Part shown: positions 47,926 to 58,244 of the stretch, piece by piece
How the letters are laid out: the number at the start of each line of letters is the position of its first letter
Position numbering within the stretch: the stretch's first letter is position 1
From: Sulfobacillus acidophilus
Lineage (GTDB): Bacteria > Bacillota > Sulfobacillia > Sulfobacillales > Sulfobacillaceae
DNA length: 64,000 nucleotides
Assembly: GCA_003023745.1 (NCBI GenBank)
Contig: PXYV01000020.1
Coordinates: forward strand, 3,219 to 67,218
Reading direction: 5' to 3'
Notes under the pieces: model-generated
Databases searched by the model: none
What the model was told of the DNA's origin: nothing
The model's input: only the letters and a program-made list of their open reading frames with translations
Program-made: the position numbers and the translations under genes

Positions 47926-49719
47926 ATGGCGCGACGTATCATTGTTTTAGCAGGAAATCCGAATGTCGGCAAGTCAGTTGTGTTTACCCAACTCAGTGGT
48001 CGTTATGCCGAGGTGTCTAACTTTCCGGGAACGACCGTAGAGGTGATGGAGGGACGATTGGGTCCGGATCGATTGGTGGATACACCGGGAGTATACGGCC
48101 TGAGCCGCTTTACCGACGAAGAGCGAATTACGCTGGACGCCGTGCGTCATGCGGATCTGGTCGTTCAGGTGGTGGACGGAACGCATTTACCGCGCGACCT
48201 CTTCTTAACCTGGCAATTGATCGATGCCCAAATACCGCTGGTGGTGGCGGTGAATTTGGTCGATGAGCTGCGGCGTCTTGGCGGAGCCGTGGATATCCGA
48301 GCATTGCAAGAGATACTGGGCGTGCCGGTTGTGGCGATTTCCGGGCTGAGCGGCGAGGGTCTGGCCGAACTTACGCAGATGATTGAAAAAGGGTCCCAAC
48401 CGTCGCCGAAGGGGCGGGCTTTTGAAGCCCCATGTGTCTCAAATCGCCTCGATGCGATGCTGTGGAATGAGGAAGATGCGCTCTTGGCACAAATCTGCCA
48501 GAACACGCCTCCGGTCAATAACCGCACGGTCGTGTATAGTGAACGTCGCCTGCGCGCCGATGAGACGGCCCAGGCGGTATTTACTCCCACACGCCCGGCC
48601 TCCGCCGTGAACCAATGGCTGGGTCATGTCCTGTTGACCCCTTTTGGAAGCGTCATAGCCTTGGCTGTTGTGTTGTTGTCGGTGTACTATCTTGTCGGCG
48701 TCGTGGTGGCAAACGTGGTCGTGTCGCATATCGAAAGTGCCATGACTGTCGCCGTGCTTCCGGTCTTGACCGCGCTGGTGGGCGATTTTGTCCCGCCCGG
48801 CAGCATTGCGTACCGGTTGCTGGTGGGACAATACGGCCTGATTTCGGCCGGCCTTATCTATTTGGTGGCTTTGTTGCTGCCCCTTATCATCGCGTTCTAT
48901 CTGTTGTTGGCGACCATGGAGGACTCGGGCTATCTACCTCGGCTGGCTACCATGTTGGACCGTTTTTTTCTGCGGCTGGGTCTCAATGGACGTGCCGTGA
49001 TCCCGTTAGTGCTGGGATTCGGTTGCGTGACCATGGCCACCGTTACCACGCGCATTCTTTCCACAGAACGCGAGCGCACGATAGCCACCATTTTACTGGC
49101 ATGGACAATTCCGTGCTCGGCGCAAATGGGTGTCATTACCGGCCTTCTATCGGGGCTGGGCTGGCCTTTTGCGCTGACCTATGGCCTCACCATCGCCGGA
49201 CTGTTTGTGATCGTAGGCACCTTGTTGGATCGCACTCTGGCGGGACGGCCGGCAGCACTTTTGCTGGACCTTCCGCCCTTGCGCTGGCCTTCGCCAATGA
49301 ACATTCTCGAGAAGACGCGGATTAAAGTGGTGGCGTTTTTGAAAGAGGCGGGCCCACTCTTTTTATTGGGTTCGGGCGTTGTCGAGCTGTCGCAAATGAC
49401 CGGGCTGTTACCGGCTTTGTCGGATCGTGTGGGTCCACTGATGCAGTCGTGGTTGGGAATTCCCGGGGCGGCCGCGCCGGCATTCATTTTGGGATTTATT
49501 CGCCGGGACTTTGGTGCGGTAGGCCTCTATGCCAGTGGGTTGTCCCCGCATCAAATTCTGACCGGTGCCGTGACGCTGACATTGTTTGTTCCATGCATTG
49601 CCTCCACGTTGGTGATTTTTAAGGAACGCGGAGCCTTTCAAGGAACTGTTATCTGGCTTGGCTCGATGGCATTAGCGCTTACGGTGGGAGGGTTAGTGGC
49701 GCGGTTAGGTCCGATGTAG
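47926..49719 (+). CDS. feoB: Ferrous iron transporter B
   Basis: GNPNVGKS, NFPGTT, DTPG, EDSGYLPR, LGFGC, IPCSAQ, FVPCIA. Confidence 0.95.
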   Translation: MARRIIVLAGNPNVGKSVVFTQLSGRYAEVSNFPGTTVEVMEGRLGPDRLVDTPGVYGLSRFTDEERITLDAVRHADLVVQVVDGTHLPRDLFLTWQLIDAQIPLVVAVNLVDELRRLGGAVDIRALQEILGVPVVAISGLSGEGLAELTQMIEKGSQPSPKGRAFEAPCVSNRLDAMLWNEEDALLAQICQNTPPVNNRTVVYSERRLRADETAQAVFTPTRPASAVNQWLGHVLLTPFGSVIALAVVLLSVYYLVGVVVANVVVSHIESAMTVAVLPVLTALVGDFVPPGSIAYRLLVGQYGLISAGLIYLVALLLPLIIAFYLLLATMEDSGYLPRLATMLDRFFLRLGLNGRAVIPLVLGFGCVTMATVTTRILSTERERTIATILLAWTIPCSAQMGVITGLLSGLGWPFALTYGLTIAGLFVIVGTLLDRTLAGRPAALLLDLPPLRWPSPMNILEKTRIKVVAFLKEAGPLFLLGSGVVELSQMTGLLPALSDRVGPLMQSWLGIPGAAAPAFILGFIRRDFGAVGLYASGLSPHQILTGAVTLTLFVPCIASTLVIFKERGAFQGTVIWLGSMALALTVGGLVARLGPM

Positions 49720-49740
49720 CATAGGCTGAGAGCGGGGGGA

Positions 49741-49941
49741 ATGAATATGGCCCATGAGTGGGGGTGCCCACAGTGTGGATACCGTCTGGCGGTGTTTCAG
49801 GCCCGATGTCCCCGTTGCGGCACGGTATTGACAACAGTGTTGGCGCGGGCCTGCCAACGGTGCCGCTATGAAGACGCCTGTAATGCCACCAGTGCGAACC
49901 CGCGCGAACGTCGCGCTTTATTGTGGCCACGCAGGCCCTAG
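49741..49941 (+). CDS. Small Cys-rich (zinc-ribbon / Fe-S) protein downstream of feoB
   Basis: CPQC, CPRC, CQRC-x5-C; GGGGGGA RBS; 21 bp after the feoB stop. Confidence 0.7.
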   Translation: MNMAHEWGCPQCGYRLAVFQARCPRCGTVLTTVLARACQRCRYEDACNATSANPRERRALLWPRRP

Positions 49942-49967
49942 GCTATAATGGGCCTGAGGTGTTGAGC

Positions 49968-50642
49968 ATGCGCGTGCAATCTGGCCAGATCGCGGTCGGA
50001 TTGGCGGCCCTGTTGCTGGGGCTTATGGTGGCGGTCGAGTTTCGTTTGCAAGAAGTGGTACCGGCTCCGACGGCCACCAACCAGTTGCTCACCCTTTTGA
50101 AGCAAGCTGATCAGAAGCGTAATCAGTTGAATCAACAGGTGGCGCATTTGGATATGCTGTTGGATCAGCGCTTGACCCGGGAGGCGTCGGCTCAGCGGTT
50201 GCAGCAGGAGTTGACCGAGGACGAGATCCTAGCGGGAACGATACCGGTGCAAGGACCGGGTGTTACGGTGACGTGGAGCAACGGCAACGCTCCTGTAGCA
50301 TACCAAATTACGGATATTGATTTGTTGCTCTTAGTGAACGAACTGCGTGCGGCGGGTGCCGAAGCCATCTCCATCAACGGCCAGCGTATCACCGCTCAGA
50401 CGGAGATTCGTTCGGCCGCCAATTATATTCTGATAAACCAAGCGCAATCCCAAGCTCCCTTTACGGTTAAAGCGATTGGAGAGCCCAACACCCTGGCTGG
50501 AGCTCTGACCCTCGCCGGCGGGTTGTACGATGAGTCGCAGCAAGAGGGTTTGGTGATGATAATTCACAAGAGTCAATCCGTCCAAATTCCGGCTGCCCCC
50601 CCGGCACTTTTGACGAATATTTCCGAGAACACGAGCCCCTGA
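49968..50642 (+). CDS. DUF881 (YlxW/YlxX-like) protein
   Basis: N-terminal TM, coiled coil, AGTIPVQGPGV, LVNELRAAGAEAISINGQRI. Confidence 0.9.
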   Translation: MRVQSGQIAVGLAALLLGLMVAVEFRLQEVVPAPTATNQLLTLLKQADQKRNQLNQQVAHLDMLLDQRLTREASAQRLQQELTEDEILAGTIPVQGPGVTVTWSNGNAPVAYQITDIDLLLLVNELRAAGAEAISINGQRITAQTEIRSAANYILINQAQSQAPFTVKAIGEPNTLAGALTLAGGLYDESQQEGLVMIIHKSQSVQIPAAPPALLTNISENTSP

Positions 50643-50672
50643 CGGACTGATAGGGGAGGAAAGGTGTGAGCA

Positions 50673-51899
50673 ATGAGCACCAATGAAGGAGATCGCATTA
50701 CATATACAGGCGGTATGATTCAGGTGCCTGATCATCCCGTGATTCCGTTTATTGAAGGAGATGGTATTGGGCCGGACATTTGGCGGGCCACCCAGCGCGT
50801 CGTAGATGCGGCCGTGCGTAAAATCTATGCCGGACAGCGCCGCATTGCCTGGAAAGAGGTGTTAGCCGGAGAAAAAGCATATCACGAGACGGGGCAGTGG
50901 CTGCCCCAAGCCACGCTCGACACATTGCGAGAATATAAGGTCAGCATTAAAGGGCCCCTGACAACGCCTATTGGTGGCGGGATTCGTAGTCTCAACGTGA
51001 CCATTCGACAAGAACTGGATTTGTATGCGTGTGTTCGCCCGGTCCGATACATCGCGGGAGTGCCATCGCCGATGCGTGAGCCCGACAAAGTGGACATGGT
51101 AATCTTTCGTGAAAATACCGAAGACATTTACTTGGGCATCGAGTGGCCCAGCGGATCGCCCGAAGCGACTCAACTCATTGAGTTCATTAACCGGGAACTG
51201 CATAAACACATTAGCGTCGATGCCGCTATTGGCATTAAGCCGATGACGAAGGCGGGCAGTCAGAGGCTGATTCGGCGGGCCATTCAATACGCGCTGGACC
51301 ACCATCGCCGCTCCGTCACGCTCATGCACAAGGGTAATATTATGAAGTTTACCGAAGGAGCGTTTCGGGACTGGGGCTACGAGTTGGCGCAAACAGAATT
51401 TGCTGACCGCGTCGTGACGGAGGATGCCCTGTACAAAGAATTTAACGGCAAAATGCCGCCGGATCGCATTTTGTTAAAAGACCGCATCGCGGACATTACC
51501 TTTCAACAGGTCTTGCTGCGTCCGTCTGAGTTTGATGTCATTGCTTGTCCCAATCTCAATGGCGACTTTCTCTCCGACGCCCTGGCCGCGCAAGTAGGAG
51601 GGGTGGGGATGGCGCCTGGTTCCAATATCGCGGACGAAGTAGCGGTCTTTGAGGCCACCCATGGCACGGCGCCAAAATATGCGAATCTGGACAAAGTCAA
51701 CCCCAGTTCGCTGATCTTGTCTGCCATCATGATGTTGGAGCACATGGGATGGAATGAAGCCGCAGAAGGGATTGGTCAGGCGTTGGAGGCCACCATTGCG
51801 AATAAGATCGTGACCTACGACTTGGCGCGCCAGACAGCGGGAGCGCGCGAGGTCAAGACGTCCGAATTTGCCGACGCCATTATTCAGGCACTAGCCTGA
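50673..51899 (+). CDS. icd: NADP-dependent isocitrate dehydrogenase
   Basis: [48 protein letters not shown]. Confidence 0.97.
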   Translation: MSTNEGDRITYTGGMIQVPDHPVIPFIEGDGIGPDIWRATQRVVDAAVRKIYAGQRRIAWKEVLAGEKAYHETGQWLPQATLDTLREYKVSIKGPLTTPIGGGIRSLNVTIRQELDLYACVRPVRYIAGVPSPMREPDKVDMVIFRENTEDIYLGIEWPSGSPEATQLIEFINRELHKHISVDAAIGIKPMTKAGSQRLIRRAIQYALDHHRRSVTLMHKGNIMKFTEGAFRDWGYELAQTEFADRVVTEDALYKEFNGKMPPDRILLKDRIADITFQQVLLRPSEFDVIACPNLNGDFLSDALAAQVGGVGMAPGSNIADEVAVFEATHGTAPKYANLDKVNPSSLILSAIMMLEHMGWNEAAEGIGQALEATIANKIVTYDLARQTAGAREVKTSEFADAIIQALA

Positions 51900-51917
51900 G
51901 AAAAAGGAGTGCTGTTC

Positions 51918-52850
51918 ATGTTCCGACGACACAAGATTACCGTCATTGGCTCTGGAGCAACCGGTGCGACCACGGCTCATTTGTTAGCGTTAAAGGAACT
52001 TGGGGATGTGGTTTTAATTGACATCCAAGAAGGAATTCCGCAAGGTCGCGCGCTGGATATGTGGGAATCGGGGCCGATCGAAGATTTTTCCATGAAAGTG
52101 GTCGGCACCAATGACTACGAATTGACACGCGGATCTGACATCGTGGTGGTGACCGCGGGGATGCCGCGGAAAGAGGGAATGAGTCGCAACGATTTGCTCA
52201 AGGTGAACGCGCAAGTCGTGCGCGAAGTCGTGGAAAAGGCAAGCCAAGTCTCGCCCGACGCGGTGTTGGTGGTTTTGACCAATCCTGCCGACGTCATGGC
52301 CTATGTGGCGCAGAAGGCCAGCGGCTTTGCCCATCACCGCGTGATCGGACAAGCGGGCGTGCTAGACTCTGCCCGTTTTCGCACCTTTTTGGCGGAAGCG
52401 CTCAATGTTTCGCCGCGTGACATCTCTGCATTTGTAATGGGGGGACACGGAGACGATATGGTGCCCCTAGTCCGCTATTCGTACGCAGGGGGCATCCCGA
52501 TCGAAAAGCTGTTGCCGCAAGAGACGATTGACAAAATCGTTCAGCGCACCCGCACCGGAGGCGGTGAAGTGATTTCCCTGATGAAAAGCTCCGCCTATTA
52601 CGCGCCGGCCTCTTCGCTGGCAGCCATGGTCAAAGCAGTGCTGTGGGATGAGCGGCGAATTCTTCCGGTCATCAGTTATTTGGACGGCGAGTACGGCGAA
52701 CGCGACATTTACGTCGGCGTTCCTGCGATTGTGGGCGGACGCGGCATTGAAAAGGTGCTGGAAGTTGATTTTACGGACGACGAGCGCGCCCAATTCAAGC
52801 GGTCCGTGGCGTCAGTGCGCGATCCGCTGTCGATGTTGGCGTTGACTTAA
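51918..52850 (+). CDS. mdh: Malate dehydrogenase (LDH-like)
   Basis: TAGMPRKEGMSR.DL, VLDSARF, GGHGDDMVP. Confidence 0.96.
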   Translation: MFRRHKITVIGSGATGATTAHLLALKELGDVVLIDIQEGIPQGRALDMWESGPIEDFSMKVVGTNDYELTRGSDIVVVTAGMPRKEGMSRNDLLKVNAQVVREVVEKASQVSPDAVLVVLTNPADVMAYVAQKASGFAHHRVIGQAGVLDSARFRTFLAEALNVSPRDISAFVMGGHGDDMVPLVRYSYAGGIPIEKLLPQETIDKIVQRTRTGGGEVISLMKSSAYYAPASSLAAMVKAVLWDERRILPVISYLDGEYGERDIYVGVPAIVGGRGIEKVLEVDFTDDERAQFKRSVASVRDPLSMLALT

Positions 52851-53004
52851 ATAGGCCGATAGGGGTCCGTCGCGAACGGCACGAGGGCAGCGCCCCGGCT
52901 TTTAGTGGTATGCAACAAAGGATCGGGGCGCGGCGGGCTGCCGTATCGCCAAGACTGGTGGATGAGGGAATTTTGCGGCGCAACAGTGAAAAGGGGGACT
53001 AGGC

Positions 53005-54120
53005 ATGAAGCAGTACGAGTACTTGGCTAAAGGCGCCCTGCGCGAATACGGCATTCCCGTACCACCGGGACGACTGGTTAATAATCCAGATGAGGCAGCC
53101 CAAGCCGTGCAGGAGATTGGGCCGGCCGCATTGAAAGCGCAAGTGCTAGTCGGCGGCCGTGGCAAGGCCGGAGGCATTCGCTTCGCGACCACGCCCGACG
53201 AAGCACGGCAAGTGGCCCAAGCCATGCTGGGCATGGACTTAAAGGGTTATACGGTGGAGCGGCTCTACGCGGAGGGCAAGCTTGCCATCGAACGCGAATT
53301 TTACATATCGGTCACGACCGACCGGAATAAAAAGGTGCCGTTAGTCATGGCTTCGTTGGCGGGCGGCGTCGAAATCGAGGACGTAGATGACGCGCAAATT
53401 GTGCGCCAGTGGGTCGATCCACGGGTCGGGGTCATGCCTTACTTCGGTCGGGAACTGGCTCAGCGTCTCGGACTAAATGGCGTATTAGCAAGAGAACTCT
53501 CCGATCTGGTAGTAAAGCTCTATCGGATCTACCAGGACCGTGACGCAGAACTAGTGGAAATTAATCCACTGGCGGTGGTGGACGGCCACCTGGTGGCGGC
53601 CGACGCCCGCTTGAACATTGACGACAGCGCGCTGTTTCGTCATGGCGATGTGCCGATCATTGACGAGGGTTCGGAGCTGGAACAGAAAGTCCACAAAATT
53701 GGACTAGCTTACGTGGAGTTGGATGGCGACATCGCTATCATGGCCAACGGCGCCGGGATGGCCATGGCGACCGTGGATGCCATCCAGTATTTTGGCGGCA
53801 AGCCGGCCAACTTCCTTGATGCCGGCGGCGGGGCATCGGTAGAGCCGACGGCGCAAGCTTTGGACGTGCTGGTATCGATGCACCCCAAGGTGATCTTCAT
53901 CAATATCTTTGGGGGTATTACGCGTTGCGACGATGTCGCTCAGGCGATTTTACAGGTGAAAAATTCGAGCGGGATTCCGGTTCCGCTGGTCGTGCGGCTA
54001 GTGGGAACCAATGAAAAAGAAGGGGTTCGGCTGTTGGAGGAAGCCGGCATTTCCGCCTATTCCGACATGGCGCCCGCCGCTGAACGCGCGGTGGAACTGG
54101 CAGGGGAGGGCCGAGCATAA
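53005..54120 (+). CDS. sucC: Succinyl-CoA ligase beta subunit
   Basis: KAQVLVGGRGKAGG, EINPL, NGAGMAM, NIFGGITRCD. Confidence 0.97.
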   Translation: MKQYEYLAKGALREYGIPVPPGRLVNNPDEAAQAVQEIGPAALKAQVLVGGRGKAGGIRFATTPDEARQVAQAMLGMDLKGYTVERLYAEGKLAIEREFYISVTTDRNKKVPLVMASLAGGVEIEDVDDAQIVRQWVDPRVGVMPYFGRELAQRLGLNGVLARELSDLVVKLYRIYQDRDAELVEINPLAVVDGHLVAADARLNIDDSALFRHGDVPIIDEGSELEQKVHKIGLAYVELDGDIAIMANGAGMAMATVDAIQYFGGKPANFLDAGGGASVEPTAQALDVLVSMHPKVIFINIFGGITRCDDVAQAILQVKNSSGIPVPLVVRLVGTNEKEGVRLLEEAGISAYSDMAPAAERAVELAGEGRA

Positions 54121-54995
54121 TGGCGATATTGCTGACGAGAGATTCAAAGATCTTGGTGCAAGGGATTACGGGCAATCAAGGGCGGTTTCATACCAAGCAA
54201 ATGTTGGCGTATGGGGCCGCCGTCGTTGGGGGAATCTCACCGGGCAAGTCGCAGGAGCGGGTGGAAGGGCTGCCCGTTTTTGACACCGTGCAAGAAGCCG
54301 TGGGCACGACGCACGCCAATGCCTCGATTGTGTTTGTGCCCGCTCCGTTTGCCAAGGACGCAGCGTTTGAGGCCATGGAAAACGGCATCAAACTGGTGGT
54401 GCTCATTCCCGAGCACATCCCCGTGCAAGACTCCATCGATATCGTCGCGCGCGCGCAGGAATTGAATGTGACCGTGATCGGGCCCAATACCTTTGGACTC
54501 ATATCGCCCGGGGAGAAGACCAAGATGGGCATTATGCCCAATCATATCTATCAGCCGGGACCGATTGGCGTGGTGGCCCGCTCAGGTACGTTGAGTTATG
54601 AGATTGCGTTTAGCCTCACGAATGGGGGATTTGGCCAGACGACGGTGGTGGGAATGGGCGGAGACCCGGTGGTGGGACAAACCTTCATTTCGGTTCTTCA
54701 CCACTTTAAGAACGATCCGGATACGCGGGCCGTGGTCATGGTGGGCGAGATTGGCGGCAGTGCCGAGGAAGAAGCGGCCGAATACTTGAAAAGCTTTGGA
54801 AAGCCGGTGGTCGCGTACTTGGCGGGGCGTGCGGCGCCGGCGGGAAAGCGCATGGGTCACGCGGGTGCGATTATTGAGCGTGGGCGGGGCACCCTCGAGT
54901 CCAAGGAAAAAGCCCTGACGGCGGCGGGAGCCAGTGTGGTGACGATGCCTTGGCAAGTTGTCGACGCATTGCGTGAAGTGATGAAAGGCGTCTAA
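54120..54995 (+). CDS. sucD: Succinyl-CoA ligase alpha subunit
   Basis: [29 protein letters not shown]. Confidence 0.97.
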   Translation: MAILLTRDSKILVQGITGNQGRFHTKQMLAYGAAVVGGISPGKSQERVEGLPVFDTVQEAVGTTHANASIVFVPAPFAKDAAFEAMENGIKLVVLIPEHIPVQDSIDIVARAQELNVTVIGPNTFGLISPGEKTKMGIMPNHIYQPGPIGVVARSGTLSYEIAFSLTNGGFGQTTVVGMGGDPVVGQTFISVLHHFKNDPDTRAVVMVGEIGGSAEEEAAEYLKSFGKPVVAYLAGRAAPAGKRMGHAGAIIERGRGTLESKEKALTAAGASVVTMPWQVVDALREVMKGV

Positions 54996-55008
54996 TGCAG
55001 TAAGACAG

Positions 55009-55047
55009 AGCAGCAGCCATCCCCCAAAAGGTGGCTGCTGCTTTTTT
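55009..55047 (+). terminator. Rho-independent terminator after sucD
   Basis: AGCAGCAGCCA...TGGCTGCTGCT stem followed by a T run. Confidence 0.85.
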
Positions 55048-55054
55048 GGTGGCC

Positions 55055-56932
55055 TTATGACAACGCTTGGTGTGGCGCCAGCAGGTCTTCTGCCTGTGCT
55101 AACTCCTGCAGCTGCTCCTCGATGGCAGGGTATTGGGGCATGTGTGGAATGTGGGTAATCGATTCCACGGCTTTGCCTTGCAGACGCGCGTTGAGCGCGT
55201 CCCACATGGGTTGCAAGGCGTGGGCGAGAGCTCGATCGGGAGTGCGCGGGGTGCGCACTAAGGACATGACCAAGTATCCCAGTCGCTCAATGGACAGAAC
55301 AAGCGGCCAGACTTCGTCCCGATTAACGGGGGGCAACTCCCCGAGGGCGGCTTGGTACAAGTGTTGAACCGACAAGAGCGCACTTAACGTCGACCCGCGC
55401 AGATGTGCCAGTTTGGTGGCACTGGCCGCGGTGAGCGTAGATTGCATGAGGTCGCCCGTCCGTGTCAGCGCATGGACGCAGGCTTGCGGCAAACGCGTCG
55501 AGGAGGCGCGGCCCCACAATGCAAATGCGGCGACGAGACCAACGGCACTGCCGATCAGTGTATCCTTAAAGCGTGCCCACACCATCGGCATGATGGCGGC
55601 GTGTGTCCCTGTATAGATGTTCATGAGCGCTATGGTCGTAATGAAGACGACTGAGACGCCGTAATTTTTTGCGATAAAAAACAGCATGCCCAACTGTAAA
55701 ACGACGAGCAAGATGGCCGTGGCGACATTGGGCGGGCGCATGGCGAGGAGGACGCCGGCCAGTACCAGTCCCAGCGTGGTGCCCAATGCCCGTTGAATCG
55801 CGCGCTCGGCGATGACGGCAGTCGAGACCCCTTGCAGTACCGCTGCGGCCGTCAGCGGAACCCAAAAGGGGTGCGCAATGCCTATGAGGTGTGCTAGGAG
55901 TACGGAGAAGGCCACCGCGATGCCGATGCGGGCGGTGGCCGGTAGGACCAGCGCGTGTCGGCTTAATCCGCGATTGAGTCGTTCAAAGACAGTCGGCTGG
56001 TATAGCCGGAGCTCAAATGGCGGCCGAGACTGGCCTGACAGGACGGCGACCGCTTGTTGCACGGCGTCATGCCAGCGCATCCAGGGCAAGCCTAAGGATT
56101 GGGGTACCTCGGGTACAGTCAAAGGCAGTTTGCCAGGGTGTTTGACCTGGTCACCCAGGTTCTGCAGAAGTTGATGCCAGACTGGTGCGAGTGGCTCTTG
56201 CACATGAGCGGCGAGCGCAATCAGTGCGCGAAAAAGGTGAGTTGCCTCGTTAGCGGCGTGCTCGAGCTGCACCAGGCGAGTCCCTCGAGCCGTTTCGTGG
56301 GCTTGCATGACGGCTTGAGCAGCCTTGTGTTGGGCGGACACCATTGTGCGGGGTGATCCTAGCGAGGCCCCATAGTCTGCCAGAGCGAAAAAGGCTTCGC
56401 TGACGATAGCGCGCTGCGGTCCGGCAGGATTCCATAGCCAGTCCACCATGCCAACGATCCAGGCGATGCCCGCTCCCCCTAAAACGGCTAACATGCGGAT
56501 CCAGATGATGTTGGCCGGATGCAGCGGCAACGCCGAACTAATGCACGCTACCAACACAAAAATGAAGCCGGCGGGCAGTGGAACATCAAACGTGCCAGTC
56601 AGATATGTTGAGGCGGCGGCGACAAAGCCAAGCGCCAAAGCCATGTGCCACCACACGCTCGCCAGACCCCCTAGCCCCATCGAGATGTCGAGGCCCAACC
56701 CAACTATCAGCAATGTGATGGCGCGTACCCGATATGGTTGAGGGTGGACATACAACGAGGTGAATCCTCCTAGAAAAGCCCAGATTCCCCACTCGATATG
56801 GCCCAAGGCCAGCCCTCCAGACATAACCAAAGCGGTAGTAAGCCCCGTGCCCCACAAGCGACGCCGGGGGATGGGGGTGTCTTTAAACATCAATGCACCG
56901 CGCCATATTGAGGGGTATTGACCCGAACTCAC
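55055..56932 (-). CDS. FUSC-family (YccS/YhfK-like) membrane protein
   Basis: Two TM blocks; HPFWVPLTAAAVL, RAIQRALGT, ARFKDTLIG; GTGA overlap with the upstream gene (ATG 56890 alternative). Confidence 0.87.
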   Translation of the reverse strand: MSSGQYPSIWRGALMFKDTPIPRRRLWGTGLTTALVMSGGLALGHIEWGIWAFLGGFTSLYVHPQPYRVRAITLLIVGLGLDISMGLGGLASVWWHMALALGFVAAASTYLTGTFDVPLPAGFIFVLVACISSALPLHPANIIWIRMLAVLGGAGIAWIVGMVDWLWNPAGPQRAIVSEAFFALADYGASLGSPRTMVSAQHKAAQAVMQAHETARGTRLVQLEHAANEATHLFRALIALAAHVQEPLAPVWHQLLQNLGDQVKHPGKLPLTVPEVPQSLGLPWMRWHDAVQQAVAVLSGQSRPPFELRLYQPTVFERLNRGLSRHALVLPATARIGIAVAFSVLLAHLIGIAHPFWVPLTAAAVLQGVSTAVIAERAIQRALGTTLGLVLAGVLLAMRPPNVATAILLVVLQLGMLFFIAKNYGVSVVFITTIALMNIYTGTHAAIMPMVWARFKDTLIGSAVGLVAAFALWGRASSTRLPQACVHALTRTGDLMQSTLTAASATKLAHLRGSTLSALLSVQHLYQAALGELPPVNRDEVWPLVLSIERLGYLVMSLVRTPRTPDRALAHALQPMWDALNARLQGKAVESITHIPHMPQYPAIEEQLQELAQAEDLLAPHQALS

Positions 56933-57405
56933 GACTCAATCTCCGAACAGACCGCACGCACCGCATCGGTGATTTCTTGATAGCTGGTACACCGACAGAT
57001 ATTGGAACGCAGCCATTCGACCAGGCGGCCTTGGTCGTGATCGGGTTGTTGGCTCAGCGCATGTCCCACCATTAAAAATCCAGAAGTGCAATATCCACAC
57101 TGAAACGCCCCGTGATCTATGAATGCCTGTTGGATGGGGGCGTGCTGCAGGCCCTCCACCGTGGTGATATCGGATCCCTCGACTTCTACGGTCAACACCA
57201 TGCACGACTTGACGGGCATTTGCTCTATTAAAACTGTGCAGGCTCCACAGTCTCCATTTTCACAGCCGGGTTTAGCACCGGTCAGGCCTAGTGCGTCGCC
57301 GCGCAAGGTGTACAGAAGGGTTTCGCCCGGATAGACGACAACTTGGCGGGCGTCGCCATTTATCGTGAGCGTCATCGCTTGGGGCCCGGTTAATGATCGC
57401 ATCAA
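56929..57405 (-). CDS. Xanthine dehydrogenase-family 2x[2Fe-2S] subunit
   Basis: GCENGDCGAC, FQCGYCTSG, NICRCTSY. Confidence 0.92.
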   Translation of the reverse strand: MMRSLTGPQAMTLTINGDARQVVVYPGETLLYTLRGDALGLTGAKPGCENGDCGACTVLIEQMPVKSCMVLTVEVEGSDITTVEGLQHAPIQQAFIDHGAFQCGYCTSGFLMVGHALSQQPDHDQGRLVEWLRSNICRCTSYQEITDAVRAVCSEIES

Positions 57406-58244
57406 GATTCCTCCAGTTCTGTGAGCATGTCGGATAGGGTGTACTGTGTGACAAATTGTCGGTATTCGGCAGACCCATGAATGTCGGACACGGCCGGCAT
57501 GGGCATGTTGGACACCGCGTCGGCCGCTCGCGCCTGAGGCGATCGGCTGACGTCCGAAAGAATTTGGTCAACAGTCGACGAATGAAAGGGATAGCTGTTC
57601 CAGCCAGAAAAGGCAGCACGAACACGGCCGCTTGCTGGTTGCGCTAGCGCAATGGTGACCAGGGGATAGTCGATCCAATCCAGCCGTGTCATTTTGTGGC
57701 TGCGAAAGGTCAAATTGCGCGCCTCCTGGCTGTCCACGCGCAAGGACACCAGAAACTCGCCGGGGTTCAAGTTCAGGGCGGTGTCCCACACGTCGGCAAA
57801 ACGGCGTGTCTGCAGTCCGTGTTGGGTGGCGAGCTCAACCTTCGCACTGTCCATTAGCAAAAAGGGAAGCACCGCTTCCCGATACGGCAAGACGCTGAGC
57901 AAGTTGCCGCCCAATGTGATTTGCCGGCGTGCGGTGTAATCCGCGATGCGGTCGGCCGTCGCCGTCAAAAGCGGCCAAAGGTTGAGGTCGGCCACTTCGG
58001 TGAGGCGCAGAGCCGCGCCCAACTGGAGGGTCTGGCCATCGTCGCGATGAATGCGCAGCGACGGAATAGCCTTCAGATCAATGACGGCGTCAATGTGAAC
58101 GTCTTGGACGCGGCTGCGCGTTAAAATCTCGGTGCCGCCTGCATAGAAGGCCGGATGCCGGTGTTGGCGCACTAAATCGCCATAAGCCTGTAACGCTTCA
58201 TCTACAGTGTCTGGACGATAGTAAAACAAATCAAACGGTATCAT
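57402..58244 (-). CDS. Xanthine dehydrogenase-family FAD subunit
   Basis: MIPFD..YYRP, YAGGTE, VIDLK, ITLGGN. Confidence 0.9.
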   Translation of the reverse strand: MIPFDLFYYRPDTVDEALQAYGDLVRQHRHPAFYAGGTEILTRSRVQDVHIDAVIDLKAIPSLRIHRDDGQTLQLGAALRLTEVADLNLWPLLTATADRIADYTARRQITLGGNLLSVLPYREAVLPFLLMDSAKVELATQHGLQTRRFADVWDTALNLNPGEFLVSLRVDSQEARNLTFRSHKMTRLDWIDYPLVTIALAQPASGRVRAAFSGWNSYPFHSSTVDQILSDVSRSPQARAADAVSNMPMPAVSDIHGSAEYRQFVTQYTLSDMLTELEES

